From the NCBI GenBank assembly GCA_965223665.1, contig OZ245011.1, positions 2,080,001-2,144,000 on the forward strand: a stretch of 64,000 nucleotides of DNA, given 5' to 3'. Below, in pieces: positions 19,915-30,146 of this stretch. The notes beneath the pieces were generated by a model, which was not told the DNA's origin, ran no database searches, and saw only the letters and a list, made by a program, of their open reading frames with translations. The DNA comes from Nitrospinaceae bacterium (lineage in GTDB: Bacteria; Nitrospinota; Nitrospinia; Nitrospinales; Nitrospinaceae). Position 1 is the stretch's first letter; every line of letters starts with the position of its first letter. Made by a program: the position numbers and the translations under genes.

Positions 19915-21360
19915 TTAATCTTTATTCGATACCACCACTTCATATTCCCCTTCGATGAGTGGACTGGGCAGTTTTCCCGCACCGAGGCTTTGCAAAAGTT
20001 GTAAAGGCTCGCAGGGAAACCGCACGCGCGTTTCCTTGTTCTCAATGACAGATTGGTGCACAGCCATTTCATAATTCAGAAGTGCGTATAACAAGGGATC
20101 GTTTAACGGTTTTTTATCCTGCATAAAGTCGTTGAAAGCCTGCGCTTCGTCGGAGGCAAAAAGATGCGGCACTGAATCCTTCCAAAAATATTCCATCAGA
20201 TTCAATAACGCTTTCTCTCCATACCGCAGCATAATGTAGCGACAGGAATACTTCAGACAGTCGATCAGTTTTCCCTTCTGCACGCTTGTGATCAATTTGC
20301 GATAGATCTTTAAACCCTCATCCTGTTTTAAACTTTCGGCAATGGGTTCCTGAGTCGGTTTGCCCAGCACCAATGCAGATAAGGTTTGTTCCCATTCAGC
20401 TTGTGTGGGTTCCATGGGTTCCTCCATATTCTCTCGGCTTAAAATGTTGCCACGGGTTTTAGACGTGAGACTTCGAATGGCTCTTCGGTTCCACATTTTT
20501 TTGATTTGTTTAAATTGGGTCACAATCGATTCCATCGAAATGTTATTCGCATAAATGTATTCGGGAAAAATTTCAAAGATCACCGCCTTCAGGTTAGGCA
20601 GTTGAGGAATGATTTCCAACGCCACCTCTTCCACTTCTTTCGGAATCAAATTGGAGTGCGCGTCCAGTAAGTAATCTTCAAACCGCTCGCCGCCGGCTAA
20701 ATGTATCTCCCACACTCTATCCAGGGGAATCGATTTCAAAACATCCCGAACTTTTTCGCGGCCGTTGACCTCGTTGCACCAAAGGTTATGCAGATCCAGC
20801 AGGATCCCGCAATCCGTTTCCTCGGCGATCCTTGCAAAGAACTCACCATCTTTCATTTCACCGGGCTGGGGTTTTAAATAATTCACACCCGTCTCAAACG
20901 CCACCGGAACCGGAAGCCGGTTTTGAAATTCACGAATATTTTTACAAGCCGTCTTTACGGTTTCCTTACTTTGAATCGGGGGTAACAAAAATCCCGTATG
21001 GTAATTTTCATCACCATAACTCACTTGATTAAAACTCAAATGTTCGCTGACCCATGGGGAGTTGAATGCCTGAATTGTTTCCAATAATGGCGGCAGTGAA
21101 AGAGCATCCGGCGGATGCGTTCCCCCAAAGGGAAACCCTACTCCGTGGATCAATTTGGGCAGTTTTATTTTTTGGAGAGTGGACACCGCCTGTGGGTCCA
21201 GAGAATATTTAACCGTTCCCTCCTTATTTTCTTTCAACCAAAAATTAGACGGTTCAATCTCTACCAAATCAATAAGCCCCTGCAGGGCCTCGACCACCCG
21301 ATCGAGGCCTGCAAAGTAGATCAATCCCACTCCTAATTCAGGTAGAGGTCGCACAGTCAC
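19915..21360 (-). CDS. DUF692 multinuclear non-heme iron enzyme (MNIO) with fused C-terminal partner region
   Basis: LIHGVG, WVSEHLSF, AFETG, GILLDLHNL, EIHLAGG, LLDAHS, FE motifs; 481 aa, longer than a lone DUF692 domain. Confidence 0.88.
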   Translation of the reverse strand: MTVRPLPELGVGLIYFAGLDRVVEALQGLIDLVEIEPSNFWLKENKEGTVKYSLDPQAVSTLQKIKLPKLIHGVGFPFGGTHPPDALSLPPLLETIQAFNSPWVSEHLSFNQVSYGDENYHTGFLLPPIQSKETVKTACKNIREFQNRLPVPVAFETGVNYLKPQPGEMKDGEFFARIAEETDCGILLDLHNLWCNEVNGREKVRDVLKSIPLDRVWEIHLAGGERFEDYLLDAHSNLIPKEVEEVALEIIPQLPNLKAVIFEIFPEYIYANNISMESIVTQFKQIKKMWNRRAIRSLTSKTRGNILSRENMEEPMEPTQAEWEQTLSALVLGKPTQEPIAESLKQDEGLKIYRKLITSVQKGKLIDCLKYSCRYIMLRYGEKALLNLMEYFWKDSVPHLFASDEAQAFNDFMQDKKPLNDPLLYALLNYEMAVHQSVIENKETRVRFPCEPLQLLQSLGAGKLPSPLIEGEYEVVVSNKD

Positions 21361-21362
21361 CT

Positions 21363-21584
21363 CTACTTGCCAAAGGGTGCATCAATTACGAATTGTCGCT
21401 CAATGTCGTAACGGATGTCCCATCCCGACGTACAACCTTCACAACCCAGACGCCCTAAAACGGTCTTTTGGATTTCATTGAATTGCTTCAAATTGTAATA
21501 GGATGAAGCGGGGATTTTAACTTCCACCACATTGTTCATTCGTGGTCCAAATCCGTGAGCATTGACTGTAATTTTTTCTGGCAT
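21363..21584 (-). CDS. Putative RiPP precursor (73 aa, LGRLGCEGCTSG)
   Basis: ATG 21584 with GGGAGGG SD; ends 2 bp before the DUF692 start; CxxC core. Confidence 0.7.
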   Translation of the reverse strand: MPEKITVNAHGFGPRMNNVVEVKIPASSYYNLKQFNEIQKTVLGRLGCEGCTSGWDIRYDIERQFVIDAPFGK

Positions 21585-22450
21585 AATGTTTCCCTCCCTT
21601 AAAAGGTAATTAATAAAAATTGGCAATCATTCATTCTTAAACAACCGCCAGGTTTGCCACAGCAAACTTGATGATCTCTCCTCTTCCCCCAGGAAGAGGC
21701 GGCATGGACTGGGGGTGTATCCGTCTATTTTTTAATGAGCCTGTCGGGCGATTGTGTTGAGGTCCACCCCGCTAACTCACGATTTCATTATAGTTTTCGA
21801 GGAAAAAGAAAATATCGTACAAACCATATTTCATTTGTCATAGTCACAATGACACACGAAAAGGCACAACTTTGAGGTCGGATTTTGAGGTGGGAAAGAT
21901 TTCGTAAGGCCGGCATTAAAAAAATTTATCTTTAGTTGACGACTTACGGAAAACAATTTATGAGAGCGAAATAAAGTTTTTGTAAAAAACCTTTAGCACA
22001 CATAGGATCGATGATTTAATTGGCAAGTCATCCGGATTAAAATCGCAGTAGATTTCAAGTGAGAGTCCTCATTCTTTTCCGGACTCGCAAACCTTCCATT
22101 TCCAAAGTATTGCTTTCAAACTAAAATTAGACCCTCACAGAGGGCGGTGAAACGGAAAAATTTCCCTCAAAAATTTCATAATTATTTGTCCAATTTTCTA
22201 AACAATTTGCTGTCAAAAACAGTGGAAAGTTTTATCTAAAAAAAGACTACAAATTTTCTCTAACTCTGCGAAAATCAATAGAATTCGCAACGACAAGCAA
22301 CATAACTTCTTTACAATCAACCACATAAAACAAAGCCTTAGTTTCTGAAGGCCAGAAGAACGACTCCAGCCTTCCTTCAAAATAGTTCGGATGGGGTAAC
22401 TTTTGGAAAAAATTTGACGGTTTTATCAAAATATTAAAAAGTTTTGTTCC

Positions 22451-22481
22451 TTGACAACCTGAAACCTTTATGGATTAATAT
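22451..22481 (+). promoter_or_regulatory. Candidate sigma70 promoter for the DNRLRE array
   Basis: TTGACA at 22451, then AT-rich ATTAATAT 17-19 nt downstream. Confidence 0.45.
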
Positions 22482-22556
22482 GCGCTAAGCCCATTTGGGG
22501 TATATCTTGAGGGGAGATTTTTAACTCATTTTACTTTTCCTGGGGAGGAAAACCAC

Positions 22557-23747
22557 ATGCAACGAACGCTCAGTTTAATCATCGGACTCATTCTACTTTT
22601 CACCACCGTTCCGGCTTTTGCCGTGACGGATGTCTTCACCAACCCGGAAGACAGTTATATAAGAATCACTTCTCGCACTGCAAATTATGGTTCAGAAAAT
22701 GTTCTTATCGCAGATGGGGTTGGGCTGGATCCCGACAACGGGAAACTCAATGAAGTTGCCTCCCTCATTCAATGGGATATTTCCTCTATTCCTCCGGGGG
22801 CAACAGTAACCGCAGCTAAAGTCACTTTAAATTTTACCGACTCCAGTTCCGGCCCCTATAATTTTCATTCGCAATTTTCTCCCTGGGCAGAGAGTACTGT
22901 TACCTGGAATGATTTTGATCCGGATACAAATATATTAGGAACTATTCCCCCTTCTACTTTTGGTATCACTTCCATTGAGTTAAATGCCAATGGGATTGCT
23001 GTGGTTCAAGGTTGGGTGGACGGTTCTTTTCCCAACAACGGTTTAGCGATTCGGACCGGCGGCACTAATAACGGAATTAATATGGATTCCAAAGAATCTG
23101 GTGGAACCATCCCAACATTAGAGGTGACTTATACAAATGATAACCCACCCACTGTCGAAAGCTTGCTTATAGAAATCAATAAGCTCAAAGGCTTATTGGC
23201 GGGTGCCAAACGAGAGGGGAATACTCTGGTCCTGGAGGGGATGAACCTGCAAATTATCAGTGGGTCGGGTGCTACCAATGGAAATCCCGATAGCCCCGCA
23301 AATACTGAACCAGAACAAACCGCCGTGAATGGCCTCGGAAATATAATTGTCGGATATAACGAATCCGTTTCATCTCGGCCTAAAAGTTATTCAGGTTCTC
23401 ACAATATTGTAGTGGGCAATGACCATAGTTTTTCCAGTTTCGGGGGACTGGTGGTAGGACGGAGCAATACCATTTCCGGGGTTTTTTCCAGTGTGAGTGG
23501 GGGGCAGAATGGCACAGCAAGCGGTAGATTTTCAAGCATAAGTGGGGGAGTTAGCAATATAGCCAGTGAATTCAATTCCAGCGTTTCTGGTGGACTTCAA
23601 AACCACGCAAGCGGAGCACATTCCAGTGTTAGCGGGGGATTATATGGAACTTCAAGCGGACTAGGTTCCAGCCTTAGTGGAGGAAACAGCCGGACCGCTT
23701 CCGGTAACAGTGACTGGGTCGCGGGAAGTTTGTTTGAGAGTTTTTAG
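22557..23747 (+). CDS. Secreted DNRLRE/CBM96-like + coiled coil + SxSGG-repeat protein, paralog 1
   Basis: Signal peptide ending AFA; EDSY...NYG...WDISSIP...VQGWVDG...NNG; 14-aa SVSGG repeats; ends DWVAGSLFESF. Confidence 0.85.
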   Translation: MQRTLSLIIGLILLFTTVPAFAVTDVFTNPEDSYIRITSRTANYGSENVLIADGVGLDPDNGKLNEVASLIQWDISSIPPGATVTAAKVTLNFTDSSSGPYNFHSQFSPWAESTVTWNDFDPDTNILGTIPPSTFGITSIELNANGIAVVQGWVDGSFPNNGLAIRTGGTNNGINMDSKESGGTIPTLEVTYTNDNPPTVESLLIEINKLKGLLAGAKREGNTLVLEGMNLQIISGSGATNGNPDSPANTEPEQTAVNGLGNIIVGYNESVSSRPKSYSGSHNIVVGNDHSFSSFGGLVVGRSNTISGVFSSVSGGQNGTASGRFSSISGGVSNIASEFNSSVSGGLQNHASGAHSSVSGGLYGTSSGLGSSLSGGNSRTASGNSDWVAGSLFESF

Positions 23748-23852
23748 TTAGGAATCAAAATATACTTAGAGGGGAGATTATTTAACTCATTTTATTTTTC
23801 CTGGGGAGGAAAACCGCATGAAGCAGTCACTTAGTTTTTTCATAGGAATCAT
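23711..23852 (+). repeat. 142-bp perfect direct repeat (second copy 25155-25296)
   Basis: Base-by-base identity from TGACTGGGTC to AGGAATCAT, spanning gene end, intergenic region and next gene start. Confidence 0.9.
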
Positions 23853-25191
23853 TCTACTTTTCACCACCGTTCCGGCTTTTGCCGTGACGGATGTCTTCAC
23901 CAACCCGGAAGACAGTTATGTGCGAGAAAGTTCTCCCGACACAAACTATGGATCCGAACCCGTTCTCATCGCCGATGGGGTTTCACAGGACCCGAACAAT
24001 GGAATTTATGGAGAGGTCGCGTCTCTCGTTCAGTGGGATATTTCCTCTATTCCCTCCGGTGCTACAGTAACTGGAGTTTCTATAACCTTCAACTTCTCCG
24101 ATGCCAGTTCAGGTCCCTACAATTTGCATGTGCAGAATACATCCTGGTCGGAAGGCTCTGTCACTTGGAATGAACTGGACTCGAGCGCAGGTATATTAGG
24201 AATCATTCCTCCTTTTTCATTTGGTGCGGTTTCAATACCTTTAAATACTGATGGAATTGCCTTAGTGCAAGGTTGGGTGGATGGATCTATTCCTAATAAT
24301 GGATTAGCCATTCGCACCAGCGGTACCAATAATGGAATAATGGCAAACTCCATGGAATCTGGCAACACTGGACCTGTGTTAAACGTGTCTTACAACACCA
24401 GTGATCAATCGCTGGAAGAACGAGTAGCGTATCTCGAAAACTTATTGGCTAATCTAACGCGAAATGGAGACGAGCTAATTTTGGAAGGGATGAATTTTCA
24501 TATCCGCAACGGACTTGGAGCCACTAATGGGAACCCATCTGATCCCGATAATGATTTCAATGAAACGGCTATCAATGGAAAAGGAAATTTGGTCATCGGT
24601 TACAACGAAGATATTCACCCTTATAACTTTTCTGGAGAACCTGCTTCGGATAAATCGGGTTCACATAATGTGATCATTGGCCACGGGCACAATTACAGCA
24701 GTTTCGGCGGATTAGTGGTCGGAAAAGACAACTGGATCAGCCGCCCATTTGCCAGCATCAGCGGAGGAAGAGAAAATGTTGCAAGTGGCAGATTATCCAG
24801 TGTCAGTGGAGGGTTTCGAAATACTGCAAGTGGAGATATATCCAGTGTCAGTGGTGGAACTAGAAATAATGCAAGTTCATTTGTCTCTAGTATCAGTGGC
24901 GGTGAGTTCAATATTGCTAGTGGTGTTGTGAGCAGTATTGGTGGAGGCTCTAAAAATATTGCAAACGGCTATAGTTCAAGTGTCACTGGTGGCGAGTCAA
25001 ACAATGCAAATGGCGATATGTCCAGTGTCACAGGTGGCGCGGGGAATAATGCAAACGGAAATAAATCTAGTGTCGGAGGTGGAGGCTCGAATAACGCCAG
25101 TGGCCTTGAATCCACAGTCAGTGGAGGCCATGCGCGAACTGCCCCAAATAGTAATGACTGGGTCGCGGGAAGTTTGTTTGAGAGTTTTTAG
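23818..25191 (+). CDS. DNRLRE/SxSGG-repeat protein, paralog 2
   Basis: Same architecture, about 9 repeats. Confidence 0.85.
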   Translation: MKQSLSFFIGIILLFTTVPAFAVTDVFTNPEDSYVRESSPDTNYGSEPVLIADGVSQDPNNGIYGEVASLVQWDISSIPSGATVTGVSITFNFSDASSGPYNLHVQNTSWSEGSVTWNELDSSAGILGIIPPFSFGAVSIPLNTDGIALVQGWVDGSIPNNGLAIRTSGTNNGIMANSMESGNTGPVLNVSYNTSDQSLEERVAYLENLLANLTRNGDELILEGMNFHIRNGLGATNGNPSDPDNDFNETAINGKGNLVIGYNEDIHPYNFSGEPASDKSGSHNVIIGHGHNYSSFGGLVVGKDNWISRPFASISGGRENVASGRLSSVSGGFRNTASGDISSVSGGTRNNASSFVSSISGGEFNIASGVVSSIGGGSKNIANGYSSSVTGGESNNANGDMSSVTGGAGNNANGNKSSVGGGGSNNASGLESTVSGGHARTAPNSNDWVAGSLFESF

Positions 25192-25261
25192 TTAGGAATC
25201 AAAATATACTTAGAGGGGAGATTATTTAACTCATTTTATTTTTCCTGGGGAGGAAAACCGC

Positions 25262-26542
25262 ATGAAGCAGTCACTTAGTTTTTTCATAGGAATCATCTTA
25301 TTTATTACCAGTGTCCCGGCAATTGCACAACAGTCTTTTGACATTCAGGAAGACAGCTATGTGCGCAGCACATCCCCCACCTCTAACTACGGAACCGATA
25401 CTGTTTTAATCTCAGATGGTGTGGCACCTGATCCTGACAATGGGAAATACGGAGAGGTGGTCATGCTCCTGAAATGGGACCTCTCAGTCATTGATTCAAG
25501 AGCTGAAGTTCATTTCGCTCGTTTATTCTTTAACTCACTGGATGCCAGCTCTGGTCCTTATTATGTTTATGCTCAAAACTCCCCATGGTCGGAGAACTCG
25601 GTCACTTGGGAAGACCTGGATCAGGGAGGGACAATCATTGGAACAATTCCAGCATTTACATTTAATTATGCATTGAATACATCCAATATCCTTTTGAATG
25701 ATGATGGAGTTGCCTTGGTGCAAGGTTGGGTGGATGGATCAATTCCCAATAATGGATTTATCATCCGCAGCAGCGGCACCAATAATGGAATTAAAATGGA
25801 TTCTAAAGAATCCAATGTAGCGCCGCCTAGACTATCGGTTGGCTATTCCGGAGAAACTACTTTATTGGAATTGAAAGCAAGAGTCATTGAGCTCGAAAAA
25901 CTATTGGCTGGAGTGACACGTAACAACAACAATATACATTTTTCCGGAGTCAATGTTCACATTGACAACGGACTCGGCGCTACCAATGGCAATCCCAACA
26001 ATCCTGAAAGCGACAGTACCACTGAGGTCAACGGACTGGGCAATTTGATTGTGGGTTATAACGAAGAGTTTCATAATCCTGCTTTAAATGATAAATCCGG
26101 TTCACATAATATTGTAGTGGGTCACGGGCACACTTACTCTGGTCTGGGTGGACTGGTAGTAGGAAAATACAATTTAATTACAGGCTTATACTCCAGTGTT
26201 GCTGGCGGAAGAGGAAACACAGCTAGAGGACTATTTTCAAGTGTGAGCGGAGGCAATGCCAACGTTGCAGAAGGCGATTTATCCAGTATTCTTGGAGGAG
26301 ATGATAACTATACTGTCGGGGCTTATTCCGCAATCAGTGGCGGCAGATATAATGAAGCTAGAGGGCCCTCTTCAACTGTAAGCGGAGGGACGCTTAATAC
26401 CGCAACGGGTGATAGCTCTTCTGTAAGCGGTGGTTCAAATAATAAAGCCAATGGGACCAAGTCCACTATTAGTGGAGGGGACAATCGAACTGCTTCTGGT
26501 TTATACGACTGGGCCGCAGGGAGTTTGTTTGAAGATAACTAA
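25262..26542 (+). CDS. DNRLRE/SxSGG-repeat protein, paralog 3
   Basis: Same architecture; ends DWAAGSLFEDN. Confidence 0.85.
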   Translation: MKQSLSFFIGIILFITSVPAIAQQSFDIQEDSYVRSTSPTSNYGTDTVLISDGVAPDPDNGKYGEVVMLLKWDLSVIDSRAEVHFARLFFNSLDASSGPYYVYAQNSPWSENSVTWEDLDQGGTIIGTIPAFTFNYALNTSNILLNDDGVALVQGWVDGSIPNNGFIIRSSGTNNGIKMDSKESNVAPPRLSVGYSGETTLLELKARVIELEKLLAGVTRNNNNIHFSGVNVHIDNGLGATNGNPNNPESDSTTEVNGLGNLIVGYNEEFHNPALNDKSGSHNIVVGHGHTYSGLGGLVVGKYNLITGLYSSVAGGRGNTARGLFSSVSGGNANVAEGDLSSILGGDDNYTVGAYSAISGGRYNEARGPSSTVSGGTLNTATGDSSSVSGGSNNKANGTKSTISGGDNRTASGLYDWAAGSLFEDN

Positions 26543-26690
26543 CTTTTTAAAAATACTGGCCAGGGTTTCTCGTGACCTACGTTAAATAAATGGGTATACA
26601 AACACACATCAACTGAAACTTTAGTTAGCCATCAATATTTTTTGAGGGGAGATTTTAAATCCATTTTATTTTCCTGGGGAGGAAAACCAC

Positions 26691-28013
26691 ATGCAACGAA
26701 CGCTCAGTTTTTTTATCGGACTCATCTTATTGTTCACCAGTGTTCCGGCCTTTGCCGTGACAGACGTCTTTACCAACCCGGAAGACAGCTATGTGCGAGA
26801 AAGTTCTCCCGACACAAACTATGGATCAGAACCTGTTCTTATCGCCGATGGAGTTTCACAGGATCCGGACAATGGTATTTATGGTGAAGTGATCACTCTG
26901 ATTCAATGGGATATTTCGTCCATTCCTGCGGACGCCACCGTGACCGCTGCATTTATAACTTTTAATTATACCAACGAAAGTTCCGGGGACTATGAATTTT
27001 ACTTACAAAATCAACCATGGTCTGAAAATTCTGTTACGTGGGAAGATTTAAATCCGGGGGCCATTCTTATGGGCACTATACCCGCGTATACCCTTGGCGA
27101 GGAATCCAGAGCATTTGATAGGGCTGGTATCCCTTTAATCCAAGGTTGGGTGGACGGGTCCATTCCAAACAATGGCATTATAATACGCACCTTTCGTAGC
27201 AATAACGGGATCGGTATGGAATCGAAAGAAGCTTCGGGATTCATTCCGACTTTGCACGTGGTTTACGACACAATTACTGAAACTTTGGAACAGCGCGTTG
27301 CCTACCTGGAACAACTATTGGCTGGAGTGACACGTAACAACAACAATATACATTTTTCCGGAGTCAATGTTCACATTGACAACGGACTCGGTGCGACAAA
27401 TGGCAATCCGGAAGAACCGGACAGTATCAATCCGGACGATACCTCCGTTAACGGGTTGGGTAATTTGATTGTCGGCTACAACGAACCATTCCCTTCATCT
27501 GAATTTAATGATAAAAGCGGATCTCACAATGTCATCATCGGTCATGGTCATAGTTATTCTAGTTTTGGAGGAACAACTGTCGGCCAGGATAACCGTATAT
27601 TAGCTCCATATACCAGTGTGACCGGTGGTATCCGCAATAGAGCCGGCGGAGAATATTCATCTGTGAGCGGAGGTAGCGGGAATTGGGCTTTGGCCAAAGG
27701 TTCAAGTATTAGCGGTGGATCTGACAACCTAATCCAGAACACCGGGGAATATGCAAGTATTAGCGGAGGTTCTTATCATGAAGCCACTGGAGAAAATTCC
27801 AGTATCAGTGGAGGCGTTTTAAATACCGCACACGGTGAAAATTCCAGTATCACCGGAGGCAGAAGTGGCATTACTCGTGGTTACAACTCCACTGTCAGCG
27901 GTGGCTTTGCTAATACTGCCAATGGAGATTATTCCACCGTCAGTGGGGGTCATGCCCGGTCAGTTGACGGAGAAAGTGACTGGGCCGCCGGAAGTTTGTT
28001 TGAAGATCATTAG
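26691..28013 (+). CDS. DNRLRE/SxSGG-repeat protein, paralog 4
   Basis: Same architecture; ends DWAAGSLFEDH. Confidence 0.85.
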   Translation: MQRTLSFFIGLILLFTSVPAFAVTDVFTNPEDSYVRESSPDTNYGSEPVLIADGVSQDPDNGIYGEVITLIQWDISSIPADATVTAAFITFNYTNESSGDYEFYLQNQPWSENSVTWEDLNPGAILMGTIPAYTLGEESRAFDRAGIPLIQGWVDGSIPNNGIIIRTFRSNNGIGMESKEASGFIPTLHVVYDTITETLEQRVAYLEQLLAGVTRNNNNIHFSGVNVHIDNGLGATNGNPEEPDSINPDDTSVNGLGNLIVGYNEPFPSSEFNDKSGSHNVIIGHGHSYSSFGGTTVGQDNRILAPYTSVTGGIRNRAGGEYSSVSGGSGNWALAKGSSISGGSDNLIQNTGEYASISGGSYHEATGENSSISGGVLNTAHGENSSITGGRSGITRGYNSTVSGGFANTANGDYSTVSGGHARSVDGESDWAAGSLFEDH

Positions 28014-28233
28014 CCCTTTTAAGCATCAGGCCTCGAGTGTTTCTCGGAGCCTGCGCTTGTGACAGGAACACGGACATGAACATCAACTGATTTTTTAGTT
28101 AAGTTTTCAGAGGAGACCTTTGCATAACAGTAAATTATTGAATGAACCGCAAAAGTTATGGAGCGGTGCCCTATGTATTCCCCCTTTGTGAAGGAGACCT
28201 TTGCGTAACCACAAAATTGGGAAATCCCTGAAT

Positions 28234-28266
28234 GTGAATCACCCCGACCCTCTTTAGGAAAGAGGG
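28234..28266 (-). repeat. REP/MITE-like repeat copy (inverted)
   Basis: GTGAATCACCCCGACCCTCTTTAGGAAAGAGGG is the reverse complement of copy 1. Confidence 0.8.
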
Positions 28267-28454
28267 CGAACATGGGTCTCCGTTTTTCTATTGGGTTTGT
28301 TTGTGAAATAGCCATTAGTTATGCAAAGATCTCTTTGTGAAGGGGGTTAGGGGGATTTTACCTCCAGAGGTTTTATGTTTTCTGACTTATGCAATGGTCG
28401 CGTTTCAGAGGGGAACTTTTTAACTCATTTTATTTTCCTGGGGAGGAAAACCGC

Positions 28455-29837
28455 ATGCCACGAACACTCAGCTTTTGTATCGGACTCATTTTACTATTCA
28501 CCAGTGTTCCGGCCTTTGCCGTAACACATTTTTTTACCAATCCGGACGACAGTTACGTTCGCCAAACATCACCCACCACCAACTATGGCTCTGAAAATGT
28601 TCTCATCGCCGACGGGGTTTCTCAGGATCCGAATAACGGAACCTATGGTGAGGTGGCAACAGTCATTCAGTGGAATGTTTCTACCATAATACCCTCCGAT
28701 GCGACTGTCACAGGCGTTTCGGTCATTTTAAATTTAACAGACTCCAGCACGGGTCCTTACAATATTTATTCCCAGAATAGTCCCTGGTCAGAAAATACGG
28801 TGGACTGGACTAGTTTTGATCCGGGATCACAAATACTGGGGACCATTCCTCCATCTACAATTGGTTTAGAAACGATTGTTTTGAATGCAGACGCAGTGGC
28901 CTTAGTGCAGAGTTGGGTCGACGGATCCAATTCAAATAGTGGGCTCGCTATTCGTACTGGCGGAACCAATAATGGAATTCAGATGAATTCCCATGAATCG
29001 GGCGGAACTCCCCCTACCCTGGAAGTGACTTATACCACCAGCAGTGAACCCACTCTGCAAAGTTTACAGGCTGAAATCAACAGGCTCAACGCTTTATTGG
29101 CTGGAGTGACTCGCAATAACAATAATATTCGTTTCAGTGGCGTGAATGTTCAAATTGATAACGGCCTCGGCGCAACCAACGGCAACCCCGAACAACCGGA
29201 TGAATCGGTTGATACTTTTGTAAATGGATTAGGTAATTTAATTGTAGGTTATAACGAGGAAATCAGACCTTATAGAGGTGATACTCCAGCATCTAATAAA
29301 AGCGGTTCGCATAACATCGTTGTAGGGCACGGCCATAATTATTCGAGTTACGGCGGATTAGTTGTGGGTAGAGATAGCATTATTTCAGGTCCCTATGCCA
29401 GTGTCAGCGGGGGCGCACAAAACATTGCCAGTGCACCCCTTTCCTCTGTCAGCGGGGGTTTTGTAAATGAAGCGAATGGAAATTCATCCAGTGTCAGCGG
29501 AGGCCATCAAAACATAGCCAATGAAGCAGGATCCAGCGTCAGTGGAGGCTCGGGTAACATTGCCGGTGGTCGTTGGTCCAGTGTTAGTGGGGGTTTTACG
29601 AACACTGCAAACGGTGGACTCTCCAGCGTCAGTGGCGGTCAATTCAATAATGCAAGTGGAGCTTTATCCAGCATAAGCGGAGGTCGTGAAAATACGGCCA
29701 GCGAATTTTTTTCAAGTGTGCAGGGAGGACGCCAAAACACTGCCAGCGGAAACACTTCGTCTATAAGTGGAGGAAACAATCGAACCGCCGCAGGCACTTA
29801 TGACTGGGCAGCGGGCAGTTTGTTTGAAGATAATTAA
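28455..29837 (+). CDS. DNRLRE/SxSGG-repeat protein, paralog 5
   Basis: Start moved to ATG 28455 after the shared GGGGAGGAAAA leader. Confidence 0.85.
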   Translation: MPRTLSFCIGLILLFTSVPAFAVTHFFTNPDDSYVRQTSPTTNYGSENVLIADGVSQDPNNGTYGEVATVIQWNVSTIIPSDATVTGVSVILNLTDSSTGPYNIYSQNSPWSENTVDWTSFDPGSQILGTIPPSTIGLETIVLNADAVALVQSWVDGSNSNSGLAIRTGGTNNGIQMNSHESGGTPPTLEVTYTTSSEPTLQSLQAEINRLNALLAGVTRNNNNIRFSGVNVQIDNGLGATNGNPEQPDESVDTFVNGLGNLIVGYNEEIRPYRGDTPASNKSGSHNIVVGHGHNYSSYGGLVVGRDSIISGPYASVSGGAQNIASAPLSSVSGGFVNEANGNSSSVSGGHQNIANEAGSSVSGGSGNIAGGRWSSVSGGFTNTANGGLSSVSGGQFNNASGALSSISGGRENTASEFFSSVQGGRQNTASGNTSSISGGNNRTAAGTYDWAAGSLFEDN

Positions 29838-30018
29838 TTCTATAAAACATGCCTTGAAAGGATTCGAGGTAATTCATGGTCAAGGCAACAGGGACGTTCT
29901 TTGGCCGTGAAACTGTTTTTATCATCTTAATTTTTAATCAAATTTTCAGAGGAGACCTTTGCATAACAGTAACTATGGAACAAAAAGCAATGGATATAAA
30001 AGAGGAAGCTGATGTTCG

Positions 30019-30051
30019 CCCTCTTTCTTAAAGAGGGTCGGGGTGATTCAC
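30019..30051 (+). repeat. REP/MITE-like repeat copy
   Basis: CCCTCTTTCTTAAAGAGGGTCGGGGTGATTCAC. Confidence 0.8.
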
Positions 30052-30146
30052 CGCCAGGGGTTTTATGTTTTCTGACTTATGCAATGGTCGCGTTTCAGAG
30101 GGGAGATTTTTTAACTCATTTTATTTTTCCTGGGGAGGAAACAAGC

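Noticed and set aside
21660-21790. Riboswitch upstream of the RiPP precursor
   Set aside because: A hairpin CCTCTTCC..GGAAGAGG is present but no recognisable aptamer consensus
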